DNA of 64,000 bases from Alkalispirochaeta sp. (GCA_965601925.1 OZ271854.1:1888001-1952000); one strand, 5' to 3'; counted from the stretch's first letter, positions 29,168-39,021 are shown. A program made the numbers and translations. The notes: generated by a model from the letters alone, not told the origin.

Positions 29168-29695
29168 ATGCATGCAAATCCGATCAGGTCGTACCGGTGG
29201 TACCTTGGAAAAGAGTTGACGACACCGTTGAACTATCTCATCGCCGCGGTGGTCGGTGTGGTAATCCAACTCGGTCAAGGAAATCCTCCGTGGTCCTCCT
29301 GGGTTCCCTACGTTACGCCGCTTCTGGTTCAGTCTTTCTCCAAAGCGGCGGTGAAACACGGCAATCGTTACAATACGCTGCTTCTTCAGTTGCCCGCCCA
29401 ACGCCCCGATCCGACGCTCGTTGTCGCACGCGACGGCGCCATCATGGCGTGCGCCGGACGTACGCGGGAGCTCGTCGACACGATGCGCTTCAACCGTCTC
29501 GACGACTTTTTCGGCGGAACACTGTGCGACGATCTCCGCCACATTCTGGATGGCGACCAAGAGGGTTCAACGACGTGTGATGCGTCGTCGCTCGACGGGC
29601 ACTACCTCGTACAGTGCGTCCCGGTGAGCGGTGGGCTGTGGTGGCTCGTGTGGATGCAACGCGTCGAGTCGCAACGGAGTGCCTCCGCCGGCTGA
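29168..29695 (+). CDS. Hypothetical membrane protein (possible PAS-like C-terminus)
   Basis: Two hydrophobic segments followed by DPTLVVARDGAI; fills the gap before the regulator. Confidence 0.55.
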   Translation: MHANPIRSYRWYLGKELTTPLNYLIAAVVGVVIQLGQGNPPWSSWVPYVTPLLVQSFSKAAVKHGNRYNTLLLQLPAQRPDPTLVVARDGAIMACAGRTRELVDTMRFNRLDDFFGGTLCDDLRHILDGDQEGSTTCDASSLDGHYLVQCVPVSGGLWWLVWMQRVESQRSASAG

Positions 29696-29749
29696 CCATC
29701 TTCGATATTGCAATTGTTCATGCGTCGTTTTACTATCTGAACGATTCGT

Positions 29750-30739
29750 ATGAACACCGAAGCTCGAATATATCAAGAAGCTCTGCAGGTCGCCACGATG
29801 TACTACTATCAAGGGCTGACGACCGAGGCGATCGCCAAGGAGATGAAATTTTCCCGTCCGAAGGTGAGTCGCCTTTTGAGCCATGCGCGATCGACCGGCA
29901 TGGTCGAGATCAAGATCGTGAATGTACAGACCGCCCTCTCGCCGCTGGAGGCGCAGATCAAGGAGCGATTCGGACTGGAGTCGGTTCATATCGTCCCGGC
30001 GCCGGAGCTCATGGGCGAGGTCGTGTGGCTGGAGCGAGTCGCTCGTTACACCGCCAACCACCTTAACACGATTCTGGAGAGCGGTCAGATTTTGGCGATC
30101 GCCTGGGGAACGACGATCAGTGAAATCGCCTCCAACTTGATCCCCAAACGCGTGCCCGACCTCAGAATCGTACAACTCAACGGATCGGGTAACACGTATA
30201 CACCGGATAACCGCTACGCCGCCAACATTTTGCAGCACTTCGCCCATAACTATGAGGCGAACGTCATGCTCTTTCCCGTGCCGACCTTTTTCGACCACCG
30301 CGAAACGAAAGAGGCGATGTGGAGCGAACGGAGTGTCAGGCGCATTATCGAGTTGCAGGGTAACGCCGACGTGTTGTTGTACAGTATCGGCGCGGTGGAT
30401 GCCGGCGTACCGAGCCACGTGTATTCCAAGGGATATCTCGATCCCGAAGACATGAAAGAGTTGCAGCGCGAGGGCGTCATCGGCGACCTCGCTACGGTAT
30501 TCTTCCGCGGGGACGGCTCGTGGGAGGACATACCGCTCAACCATCGCGCCAGCGGGCCGCCGCTTACGTTGTATCGCAAGGTCCAACGCGCAATCTGCGT
30601 GGTCAGCGGGCGCAACAAGGTGCCGGGGCTGCTTGCGGCGTTGCGAGCCCGCCTCATGACCGAACTCATCGTCGACGAGCCGACTGCGCGGCAGTTGTGT
30701 CATTCCGGCGGCTGCGCCGTCGATGAGGAGGTGTTATGA
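29750..30739 (+). CDS. SorC/DeoR-type sugar-binding transcriptional regulator
   Basis: MYYYQGLTTEAIA..SRPKVSRLL, AWGTT, GDL, LIVDE. Confidence 0.9.
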   Translation: MNTEARIYQEALQVATMYYYQGLTTEAIAKEMKFSRPKVSRLLSHARSTGMVEIKIVNVQTALSPLEAQIKERFGLESVHIVPAPELMGEVVWLERVARYTANHLNTILESGQILAIAWGTTISEIASNLIPKRVPDLRIVQLNGSGNTYTPDNRYAANILQHFAHNYEANVMLFPVPTFFDHRETKEAMWSERSVRRIIELQGNADVLLYSIGAVDAGVPSHVYSKGYLDPEDMKELQREGVIGDLATVFFRGDGSWEDIPLNHRASGPPLTLYRKVQRAICVVSGRNKVPGLLAALRARLMTELIVDEPTARQLCHSGGCAVDEEVL

Positions 30740-31497
30740 CCGTACAAGCATTGGACCAATGGTTTCGGTCGGTGCTTCCGCTCGATGAGTTCGCTCGTAT
30801 CGACGGCTCCCGGAACGGACTGCAAGTTGAACGTCGAGGTGAGGAGGTTCGACGCGTCGCCTTTGCGGTCGATGCAGCCATGGCCGTCTTCGAGGCTGCC
30901 GTTCAGTGGGACGCGGACATGCTTTTTGTCCACCACGGTCTTTTTTGGGGTCGCGAAGCGGTTCTGACGGGACTGCACTACGAGCGCATTCGTTTTCTCG
31001 TCGAACACGATCTTGCGTTGTACGCCGTGCATCTCCCGCTCGATGCGCATCTGTCCCTCGGAAACAACGCCGGCATGGCCGATGCGTTGGGGTTGGAGCA
31101 TATCGAACCGTTCGGGTTGGAGCGGGGAGTGCCTATCGGCGTGGCCGGCAGACTCCCCCGTCCGCGAAGCGTTCAATCGATCGCCGACGAGCTCTTTGGG
31201 GAGCGCTATCGTCCGCTCTCGATTCTCCCATTCGGTCCCGCCGAAGTACGAACCGTCGGCATTATATCCGGCGGCGCGCCGTTAGAGGTTGATCAAGCCA
31301 TTGAGCAGGAGCTGGATCTCTACATTACCGGCGATGCGAACCATATCGCGTACCATCGTTGTCGCGAGGCGGGGATCAATGCTATCTTCGGCGGACATTA
31401 CGCTACGGAAGTGTGGGGAGTGCAACGTGTCGCGAAGAAGCTTACCGATGAATCCGATCTGGATACGACCTTTCTGGATGTCCCGACGGGCCTCTAA
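30736..31497 (+). CDS. Nif3-like dinuclear metal center protein
   Basis: NGLQVE, VHHGLFW, HLPLDAH, GNN, GHYATE. Confidence 0.93.
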   Translation: MTVQALDQWFRSVLPLDEFARIDGSRNGLQVERRGEEVRRVAFAVDAAMAVFEAAVQWDADMLFVHHGLFWGREAVLTGLHYERIRFLVEHDLALYAVHLPLDAHLSLGNNAGMADALGLEHIEPFGLERGVPIGVAGRLPRPRSVQSIADELFGERYRPLSILPFGPAEVRTVGIISGGAPLEVDQAIEQELDLYITGDANHIAYHRCREAGINAIFGGHYATEVWGVQRVAKKLTDESDLDTTFLDVPTGL

Positions 31498-31534
31498 CGC
31501 TTCCGGTGGATCGAAGAACGCCGCCGGCGGGGGT

Positions 31535-32071
31535 GTGTTCGGACAACCCGGTACTATCGACACCGCCGATCTTTTGCGTCCCCTCATTCTCTCGGCGGCT
31601 ATTGTTATTATCGATCAGATCACCAAGGCGATTATCGTGGCGCGCGTTCCCCTCTTCTACGAGAGCGGTGTCATAATCGAGGTCATCGGTGACTTTTTGC
31701 GCATCATCCACGCCCGCAACCTGGGCGTCGCGTTCAGCATTGGAGACGGGCTTCCCTTTTGGCTGCGCAAAGTGCTCTTCGTCGCCATACCGACGGCGAT
31801 GCTCTTTTTCATATTTTTTACCTTTTACCGCAGCGACGAGTTGACGCAAAAGCAGCGATGGCTCGTCGCCGCGATCATCGGCGGCGGTATCGGTAACATC
31901 ATCGATCGCATTTTCCGCCCCTTGGGCGTCGTGGATTTCGTCGATGTACGGTTCTACGGATTATTGGGGATGGAACGGTGGCCGACGTTCAATGTGGCCG
32001 ACGCGGGAGTTTCGATCGGTGGGGTGCTCTTGATTCTGACCATGTTTTTTACGAAGGAAAAACAAGCGTGA
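31535..32071 (+). CDS. lspA: Lipoprotein signal peptidase II
   Basis: DQITK, NLGVAFS, GGIGNIIDR, VVDF, FNVAD. Start approximate. Confidence 0.93.
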   Translation: MFGQPGTIDTADLLRPLILSAAIVIIDQITKAIIVARVPLFYESGVIIEVIGDFLRIIHARNLGVAFSIGDGLPFWLRKVLFVAIPTAMLFFIFFTFYRSDELTQKQRWLVAAIIGGGIGNIIDRIFRPLGVVDFVDVRFYGLLGMERWPTFNVADAGVSIGGVLLILTMFFTKEKQA

Positions 32072-32340
32072 ATAAGCGACTCAATTCCGTCCTCTTCATT
32101 CTCGGTGCGACGATACTCAATATCGTGGCGATGATTCTCATTTTTTTCGTGTGTATGGTACTGTTCGCCCGCTTTTTTGCGCCCCACCTGAGCCCGGCGG
32201 TCAATCAGGTGATTCTCCTCGTGCTGTTCATCGGATCGGTCGTGCTGACGTACTTTCTCTACCACCGCCTCATGAAATGGCTCTCCAACAAGTATCCCTT
32301 GGAGGAGTACTTCGGTCCGTTGTTCGGTAAGAAGAGATGA
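32068..32340 (+). CDS. Small two-TM membrane protein
   Basis: GTG overlaps the lspA stop; two TM helices; YFGPLF tail. Confidence 0.7.
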   Translation: MNKRLNSVLFILGATILNIVAMILIFFVCMVLFARFFAPHLSPAVNQVILLVLFIGSVVLTYFLYHRLMKWLSNKYPLEEYFGPLFGKKR

Positions 32341-32452
32341 ATAACGTCGGCGACGGACGAACGCGCTCCACGGAAGGTCGAATGAATCCGCTTGCGATGT
32401 GCGGCGGGCGGGAAGAACCATAGAAGAACTCCTCCGCCCCGTCGCCCGAGCA

Positions 32453-32806
32453 CTACGATCGTCTGGTTTTGAGATCGAGAAACTCATATACTAAGACGCC
32501 GTCGTCTCTCACTTCCATACTGACATTCGTACCGTCTTCCACCGTCAGCTTTTCGAGAAGTTTTCGGGCGTTTTTCGTCTTCATTCCAAGGTGAAGCACG
32601 AGATCGGATGTCGTCAGTACGCCGTCTTGCCTACTCGCCAACTCATACACTTTTTGTTCAAGATTACGCGACGTACCGACATCACGTCGGTTTCGATGTA
32701 TCATCGGGAACGATCCCCTTCGAAGGACCATGAACGCCATGCAGCCGACCATGCCGATAGCCGGAGCTATCATGAACAGTGGATTGGCCTGAAAAAAGGG
32801 CATCAT
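32453..32806 (-). CDS. Hypothetical membrane protein with wHTH-like C-terminus
   Basis: AGGAG SD; TM helix; LEQKVYELA..DGVLT..DGVLVYEF. Confidence 0.7.
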   Translation of the reverse strand: MMPFFQANPLFMIAPAIGMVGCMAFMVLRRGSFPMIHRNRRDVGTSRNLEQKVYELASRQDGVLTTSDLVLHLGMKTKNARKLLEKLTVEDGTNVSMEVRDDGVLVYEFLDLKTRRS

Positions 32807-32934
32807 AAGCAGTCTCCTGTGTGTCGGGCGTCACTCCGACACGTATTTCCTTATGTAAACGGAACCCCGGTATCGGGATGTTGTTTTGTCGGAGTACGTT
32901 GAGACGCCCGGATCGACCCCGCTTGTAGCGCGAA

Positions 32935-34545
32935 TCAATAGCCGTCGGACATCGCGCGGTTCTGGTCTTTCTTATAGAGCTCCTGGTATACGAAACCGCG
33001 GTTTTTGAGCGCGTCCTTGATATCCTGAGGGAACGGCATGTAGCGCCAAAAGATGGCGCGGGCGTTGCGGTCGACCTTTTGCGTGCCCTCGCTCTCTTTG
33101 GTGATCCAAAGGATGTAGTCCTGTATGAACTGATCCTTTACATCGCCTTTGAGCTTCTGCTCGGTAAACCACTGATAGTACCAGCCGGTGAGTCCCTCCT
33201 CCATCCAGTAGTGAGCCGCTTTTTCCTTGGCGACCTGCCACCTGAGATCGCCGAGCGCCGCGATAACGGCCTGTTTGAGATCTTTGGGATACATCGGCAC
33301 AGCAAGGCGACCGCGGCTCGTTGCGCGATTGTAGCGCTCGAAGGGCTCCCAACAGATGCCGAAATCGCCGTAACACGGGACGAGAATCACGTTGGGAACG
33401 ATGCGCGTCGTTTTCTGCTTGAATGTGCGTTCAAAAATACCGGGGTCGAGATACTCGACATCGGCGAGGATGTTGTTGACATTCTCCCGCGTACCGACGC
33501 CGGCGAGTCCGCCTCGGAAGTACTGCTTGTACAGCAGTGGAAAGTGGTTACCTTGGCGACCGATACAGAGTTTGGCCATCTGGCGGATGGTGCCCATCTC
33601 TTCCGCCGACGCTTTGGTGTCGACGTTGTCGAGGACGTCGCCGGAGGCCTCGGCTTGATTCCGCAGGTCCTCGTACGAGTCCTTGTGACGTTCGAGTTCT
33701 TTGAACGATCGGCTCATATCGCGGCCCTGGTTGCTCAAACGGCGAAGCTCCGCCGAGATGTCCGAAAAGAGGCTGCGTTGGGCGTCGGTGTACGGGCCCT
33801 TCTCGCCGTCGGCCATGGCGTGAGGGTGTCTATCGCACAACTGCGCGACCAGTTTTCCCAGATTCTCCTCGCTGGCCTCCATTTCGCGATTGCGCGTCTT
33901 GATGAGCTCTATCTGGGCCTCGACCTTGCCGCGGGCGCTGTCCAATTGACGGGCAACCTTCGACGCCTGCTGTGTCGAGGTAGGCTTGGTTTCGTCGGTG
34001 GCGGATACGTTTATCTCCCCCTGGGCCACCTTTGCGAGCCATTCATCGACGTAGTGGATCGGTTCTCCGAGACGATTCTCGTCGATGATTTTTGCGATCA
34101 TGAGGCGCTGATCCTTGTCGAGCATCGTCGGCAACAGCACACCGAATCGTAGGGTGAGCATTTTCGGGTCCGGGAGTCGGCTGTAGGCCTTTTGCGCGAT
34201 CGAGCGGGTGAGCTCCCAGAATACCGGAATGAGGCGATTGCGATAGAGCGAACGATCTTCGGGATTTTCCGCCTTGAGAAACTGAGCCAACGTAGCGTGA
34301 AGGCGCTTAGCGATTTCGCCTTCGCCGGTCAACGCGTCTTTGTAAAAATCTGCGTTACGAAAGTAGTGTTTGGGATCCTCCGAAAGCGTCTCTGCTTTTC
34401 GGAATGTCTTTTGACCGGACGACGTTGCCTCGTCGTTATCGACGCCCTCCCCGTTTCCTTCGTCGAAGAGCTCTTCGAAGTCGGGCGCCTCGTCGCCGTT
34501 ATCTGAAACAAAAAGATTCTCGCTCGTATCAAATGGAGAGCCCAT
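32935..34545 (-). CDS. Hypothetical protein (coiled-coil middle, aromatic-rich C-terminus)
   Basis: Long ORF with normal codon bias; start moved to MGSPFD to avoid overlapping the tRNA. Confidence 0.8.
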   Translation of the reverse strand: MGSPFDTSENLFVSDNGDEAPDFEELFDEGNGEGVDNDEATSSGQKTFRKAETLSEDPKHYFRNADFYKDALTGEGEIAKRLHATLAQFLKAENPEDRSLYRNRLIPVFWELTRSIAQKAYSRLPDPKMLTLRFGVLLPTMLDKDQRLMIAKIIDENRLGEPIHYVDEWLAKVAQGEINVSATDETKPTSTQQASKVARQLDSARGKVEAQIELIKTRNREMEASEENLGKLVAQLCDRHPHAMADGEKGPYTDAQRSLFSDISAELRRLSNQGRDMSRSFKELERHKDSYEDLRNQAEASGDVLDNVDTKASAEEMGTIRQMAKLCIGRQGNHFPLLYKQYFRGGLAGVGTRENVNNILADVEYLDPGIFERTFKQKTTRIVPNVILVPCYGDFGICWEPFERYNRATSRGRLAVPMYPKDLKQAVIAALGDLRWQVAKEKAAHYWMEEGLTGWYYQWFTEQKLKGDVKDQFIQDYILWITKESEGTQKVDRNARAIFWRYMPFPQDIKDALKNRGFVYQELYKKDQNRAMSDGY

Positions 34546-34683
34546 ACTCACACTATATACTACGAGCCCGCCCGTGTTCAGTCCAGCCGCTCGATATTCT
34601 CGATATTGCCAAGTACTGCATACGACTCCAGTACTATGCGACGCGAGACGACGGCCGGTGGCGTTCGGACTCCGATCTATGTA

Positions 34684-34710
34684 TAAAAAAAGACCGTCTT
34701 GCGACGGTCT
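34684..34710 (-). terminator. Rho-independent terminator after tRNA
   Basis: AGACCGTC-GCAA-GACGGTCT followed by a T-run on the minus strand. Confidence 0.9.
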
Positions 34711-34716
34711 GCGTTG

Positions 34717-34790
34717 TGGAGGTGACGGGATTCGAACCCGTGACCCCTTGAATGCCATTCAAGTACTCTAGCCAACTGAGCTACACCCCC
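34717..34790 (-). tRNA. tRNA-Ala(GGC)
   Basis: GGGGGTGTAGCTCAGTTGG..CTTGA-ATGGCAT-TCAAG..GGTTCGAATCC..CACCTCCA; G3:U70 pair; 3' CCA not encoded. Confidence 0.97.
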
Positions 34791-34854
34791 AAACGGCGAT
34801 TATCCGCATCGGACCTGCAATCGTGCGATTGATACCGACGTGTTAATCATCGGA

Positions 34855-34883
34855 CTTATATCAAGATACCGAGGCCCTGTCAA
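34855..34883 (-). promoter_or_regulatory. Sigma70 promoter of the tRNA
   Basis: TTGACA-17-TATAAG with TGn extension. Confidence 0.75.
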
Positions 34884-34946
34884 GGTCGAGCGGTCCTTGC
34901 ATCTCTACCGCGATGACTCTACGATGGAGCATCGGAAAAAAGTATC

Positions 34947-35705
34947 ATGTCTGACCCAATGCCTTCCATGACGCAACGTCTTGCAGCCATGCACGAGCTC
35001 CATTTCGAGTTGAGCGCAGCCGAGTCGACCGATGAGGTATGTCGACGCGCCGTGTCCCGCGGACGGTTCTATACCGGCATCGATCGCATCGGCATATGGC
35101 TTCTCGACTTGGACGACCCACGCTGGTTCTTCGGCAGCTACGGCATCGATGAGATCGGCTCGGTGCGCGACGAGCGGTCGAGTCGCGTACCGTTGGATCC
35201 GCACGTCTATGACGCCGATTTTTTCGAGCGGCGCGTGCCGTACCGTTTTATGCCCGGTCATTCCGTGTACGACGATACCCACCGCGAGGTGGGGCGAGCC
35301 GACTTGGTGGTAGCGCCGATGTGGAACGGGACACTCTCGATCGGAACGGTGTGCGCCGATACGTTTCTCAATCGACGGTCCATGACCGAGGACGATTGCG
35401 AACTCGCGGCGCTGTTGGCCCGTATGGTCGGTCATCTGGTGACGATCAAGCGCTCCGAGGAGAAGTTGCGGGAGTCCGCCTACGAGTTGGAGCGCTTAGC
35501 GACGACCGACGAACTCACCGGTTTTCTCAATCGGAGAACCGGCATTCAGCTTCTGGAACATCTGATTACATTGTCCCGACGAACCTCAGATACGGTGAGC
35601 GTCTGTTTTCTCGACCTCGATCGACTTAAACGGATAAACGACACACTCGGCCATCGCGCCGATTTGGCGATGTATGCACAGAAACGAGCACACAAACGGT
35701 GGTAA
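34947..35705 (+). pseudogene. GAF-like + GGDEF protein with internal in-frame deletion of the GGDEF core
   Basis: ATTDELTGFLNRR..FLDLDRLKRINDTLGH is joined directly to RADLAMYAQK; no GG(D/E)EF present. Confidence 0.75.
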
Positions 35706-35716
35706 CCGGCGTCTCC

Positions 35717-36448
35717 CTACGGTTCCGCATCGACGAATCGGGCGATATCCTCGGCGCATCGCCGCGCGATCGCCGGCTCGACGCCGAAGTCGTTGTGCCC
35801 CACCGCCTCTGTTGCGGGGTATACGATCGTGCGCGCCGAGACGGCGTGGGCAAACTCCGCCGTCTCCCGGAAGTCAACGACGCGATCGGCCTCGCTTGCG
35901 ATCGCCAGTGTATGTTGGGCAAGGGCGTCGGGAAAGGCGTCGGTATGAAACCACCGTCGTTTTCGTGCAAGCGCTTTGAGTTGTGCGCTTTCGTCTACCG
36001 CCGAGGAGAATATACGCCGCTGCGTCTCCTCGAGAACACGAGGCCCGAAAAAACGCCGCTGCATCTCCCTCCTCCCGACAAGTCCCAAGGCGAAACGGAT
36101 TCGCAAACCTATGCCGAACGCCCTGCCGACCGGCTCCCCGTAAGGGCTCGCGATGATTACCACGTGAGACACGATATCGGTGTCGAGATCGCGCGCCGCG
36201 AGCGCGGACAACACTCCTCCCAAACTGTGACCGATGAGCGTAACGGCGCGACTCGAGCGCGCTCTCACGTTCCGGCAGAGCGCCGTCAACGACCGGACGC
36301 CGTCGGCGATATCGTCGATCGCGAGATCGGGCGCCTCGATGTGGGAGAAGACGGAGGATAACTCGCTTCGCAGCGCATCCCAGAAAAAACTGCGCACTCC
36401 GTAACCGTGGACCAGAATTGCCGAGCGGCCGTACATAGCTACTCTCAC
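35717..36448 (-). CDS. Alpha/beta hydrolase (lipase/esterase-like)
   Basis: LVHG, GHSLGG, SEADRVV, GHN. Confidence 0.85.
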   Translation of the reverse strand: MRVAMYGRSAILVHGYGVRSFFWDALRSELSSVFSHIEAPDLAIDDIADGVRSLTALCRNVRARSSRAVTLIGHSLGGVLSALAARDLDTDIVSHVVIIASPYGEPVGRAFGIGLRIRFALGLVGRREMQRRFFGPRVLEETQRRIFSSAVDESAQLKALARKRRWFHTDAFPDALAQHTLAIASEADRVVDFRETAEFAHAVSARTIVYPATEAVGHNDFGVEPAIARRCAEDIARFVDAEP

Positions 36449-36490
36449 ACTACTTAATGAAATTCAGTCGGTCAACCGGTCGACTTTCTG

Positions 36491-36519
36491 TTGACCACGC
36501 ACATACGTCGGATTAGCTT
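36491..36519 (+). promoter_or_regulatory. Putative sigma70 promoter
   Basis: TTGACC-17-TAGCTT; the predicted start site lies at the first hairpin of the structured leader. Confidence 0.55.
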
Positions 36520-36526
36520 AGAATGA

Positions 36527-36805
36527 TGGAGTGAAACACTCCAGGCATTTTCAAAAAGAACGTTCTTTGAAAATGTCAGGGCCTTTAGAAATCATAATTA
36601 TATACCATGTATGTAATTATGATTTCGACCCGGACGCATCTGGATGTGTTCCTCAGGGCTTCGTCCTTCCGGTACACATCCGAGCCGAGCAAAAGCCGAA
36701 GGCTGTAACCAGCCCCGATATTGAGGCTCTTGCAAAATGCAATTTTGAAAGAGCCTCACTCAATAATTCCTTCGGCTCTTTGTCGTCGAGTGCCATAGAG
36801 AGGAG
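36527..36805 (+). ncRNA. Unidentified highly structured RNA / 5' leader (five hairpins)
   Basis: Back-to-back stems at 36527-43, 36544-77, 36588-626, 36642-81 and 36687-784. G-U wobble pairs fit the + strand. Confidence 0.7.
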
Positions 36806-36811
36806 CATGCA

Positions 36812-38542
36812 ATGGAGCATATGGATATGGGATTTCTTGAGCAGTTGTATCACGGCGCCTACCGCGAAGACCTCCTTACGGCACACGGATCGTCGGTCGA
36901 CATGCCGAAGGTCGAGGCCTTTGTCGCGCGCTATCACGACATTGTGGGGCGCTATAATCCGCTGGAGCTTGAGGCGAGTACGCGCATTCCCGACTCGTTG
37001 ATGAATGAGCTCAAAGAGCTCGGGATATTCGGCCTGACGATTCCGCAAGCGTACGGCGGGCTCGGATTCACCACCAATGAGTACCTGTTAGTGGTGGAGG
37101 CGATGGCGCGCTCGGACATGGCGCTCGTATTGATTCCCCTTGCGCATCTGTCGATCGGCCTCAAAGGCATCGTGCTGTACGCGAACGAGGAGCAGAAAAA
37201 AAACTACCTCACACCGGCCGCAAGCGGCGAGATGATCTTTGCCTACGCGCTGACCGAACCCAAGACGGGCTCCGATGCCCAACGTATCGAAACGTATGCG
37301 CGTCTGTCTGAGGACGGGTCGCACTACCTCTTGAACGGCGGCAAGACGTACATCACCAACGGCAATTACGCCGGCGGTATGACGGTGTTTGCTCAACTCG
37401 ATCCGGAGAACAGGCCCGGGTTTATGGGGGCGTTCATCGTGGAAACGGCGTGGGACGGTGTGAAGGTGGGGCGCGACATGCCGAAGATGGGACTGAAGGT
37501 GAGCTCCACCACGCCGATACGCTTCAAGGACGTGCGCGTGCCCGCGGAGAACCTCATCGGAGAGCCCGGCGACGGGTTCAAGATCGCGATGAATATCCTC
37601 AACTACGGCCGCCTCGGTTTGGGGGCGGCAAGTGCGGGCCTCATGAAGCAGTCGGTCGACGACATGGAGAAGCGCGCCTCGAGCCGCAAACAGTTCGGCG
37701 TGCCGATCCGCGATTTCGAGCTGATTCAGGAGAAGATCGTCACCGCGCGCGCCCACGCCTTTGCCGCAGCGAACATCACGTCATTTACCGCGCGGCTGTT
37801 GGAAGAGAACCCACTCATGAACGTCGCGATCGAGAGCTCGCACACCAAGCTGTACGGCACGAACGAGTGTTGGAACACCCTCTACGAGGCGTTGCAAACC
37901 GCGGGAGGTGCCGGTTTCATTCAGTCGATGCCGTACGAGAAGCGTATGCGCGACTTTCGCGTTACGACGATCTTTGAGGGAACCACCGAAATCCATTCGA
38001 TCTATCCGCCCCTCACCGTCTTTCGCCGTATCGGCAAAGAGTTGAAGGGGGCGGGGAGCATGAAGCGCCTCGCCGCGGTTCGACGGCTCTCGCGTCCTAT
38101 ATTGAAGTCCGACGTCGCCGGGAACGATCCGACGCTTCGCGCCGCCATGGGTGCCGCCCGGGACAGCGAGAAGCTGTTTCGTCGCCTCTTGCGCTACGGT
38201 TTGATGCGCCACGGAAAGCGTGTCGTGAATGAGGAGTTTTTTCTCCGAAAGATGACGCGTCTGAGTGTGAGTCTTTTGTGGCTTGTCAGCTCGGTCGTAA
38301 CGTTGCGCAATCGTTACGGAGAGCAACCCATCGGCGAGGAAGACCGCGCTCTTCTGCACTATCTCATCGCAGAGGCGCGAGAGGTTCAGACGAGAAACGG
38401 CCACCCCGAAGGCGGGATGCGTGAGGCGGCCCATCGAATGGTAATGGCGGCGACGCCCCCGGCGAGCAGATCCGGGTCTACCGAGACGCCAAACAGCGAG
38501 TCGACAAGGCACAAAGACGTCGAGAGGGTGCCGGCGAGATGA
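36812..38542 (+). CDS. Acyl-CoA dehydrogenase (long-chain, ACAD9/VLCAD-like)
   Basis: AHLSIG, AYALTEPKTGSDA, LNGGKTYITNG, LNYGR, RKQFG, RDFRVTTIFEGTTEI. Confidence 0.93.
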   Translation: MEHMDMGFLEQLYHGAYREDLLTAHGSSVDMPKVEAFVARYHDIVGRYNPLELEASTRIPDSLMNELKELGIFGLTIPQAYGGLGFTTNEYLLVVEAMARSDMALVLIPLAHLSIGLKGIVLYANEEQKKNYLTPAASGEMIFAYALTEPKTGSDAQRIETYARLSEDGSHYLLNGGKTYITNGNYAGGMTVFAQLDPENRPGFMGAFIVETAWDGVKVGRDMPKMGLKVSSTTPIRFKDVRVPAENLIGEPGDGFKIAMNILNYGRLGLGAASAGLMKQSVDDMEKRASSRKQFGVPIRDFELIQEKIVTARAHAFAAANITSFTARLLEENPLMNVAIESSHTKLYGTNECWNTLYEALQTAGGAGFIQSMPYEKRMRDFRVTTIFEGTTEIHSIYPPLTVFRRIGKELKGAGSMKRLAAVRRLSRPILKSDVAGNDPTLRAAMGAARDSEKLFRRLLRYGLMRHGKRVVNEEFFLRKMTRLSVSLLWLVSSVVTLRNRYGEQPIGEEDRALLHYLIAEAREVQTRNGHPEGGMREAAHRMVMAATPPASRSGSTETPNSESTRHKDVERVPAR

Positions 38543-39021
38543 CCGGACGCAGTGTCCCTGCGGGAGCCTTGCCGCTGCCCGAAGACCATACGTTGGCCGC
38601 ATGGCGAGAATGGCTCGAACGCTTTCGCGATCGCACGGCGCTCGGACCGCACAGCGTCGAACTCGTCTCCGTCGACGATGAGCACATGGCGCTCTCGATG
38701 GCGATCGGCGATCACGCGAGGCAGCCGTACGGCCTCCTACACGGCGGTGTGAGTATGTTGCTCGCCGAGTCCGCGGCGAGTCTACACGCCTGCTGGAAGG
38801 TCGATCTCACGCAGCGCGTCCCGGTGGGAATCGAGATCAACGGCTCCCATCTAAATGCAATTCGTGAAGGCACGGTGATCGCCCACGCTACGCAACTGCG
38901 TCGGAGTTTCCGCCTCGTCCACCACCTCGTTGATATCCGGGATGCCGGTCGCGATCGAGTACTCTCGACGATCAGAGTGACCAACTACTATCAGAGTGTG
39001 CCCGGGGCCGCCGACCGGTAG
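38539..39021 (+). CDS. Hotdog-fold thioesterase (PaaI/MenI-like)
   Basis: QPYGLLHGGVSMLLAESAAS and VGIEINGSHL. Confidence 0.9.
   Translation: MTGRSVPAGALPLPEDHTLAAWREWLERFRDRTALGPHSVELVSVDDEHMALSMAIGDHARQPYGLLHGGVSMLLAESAASLHACWKVDLTQRVPVGIEINGSHLNAIREGTVIAHATQLRRSFRLVHHLVDIRDAGRDRVLSTIRVTNYYQSVPGAADR

Noticed and set aside
34546..34758. N-terminal extension of ORF 32935..34758
   Set aside because: Runs through the tRNA and its terminator.
34717..34790. tRNA as an integration site
   Set aside because: No integrase and no duplicated tRNA 3' end noticed in the window; the terminator follows directly.
36527..36784. CRISPR array or known riboswitch in the hairpin-rich leader
   Set aside because: The hairpins share no repeated unit, there are no cas genes, and I see no TPP, cobalamin, SAM, c-di-GMP, T-box, RNase P or tmRNA signature.
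36531..37001. 156-aa ORF across the structured leader
   Set aside because: Overlaps the ACAD gene out of frame, has no SD and no recognisable motif. A short translated uORF cannot be excluded.
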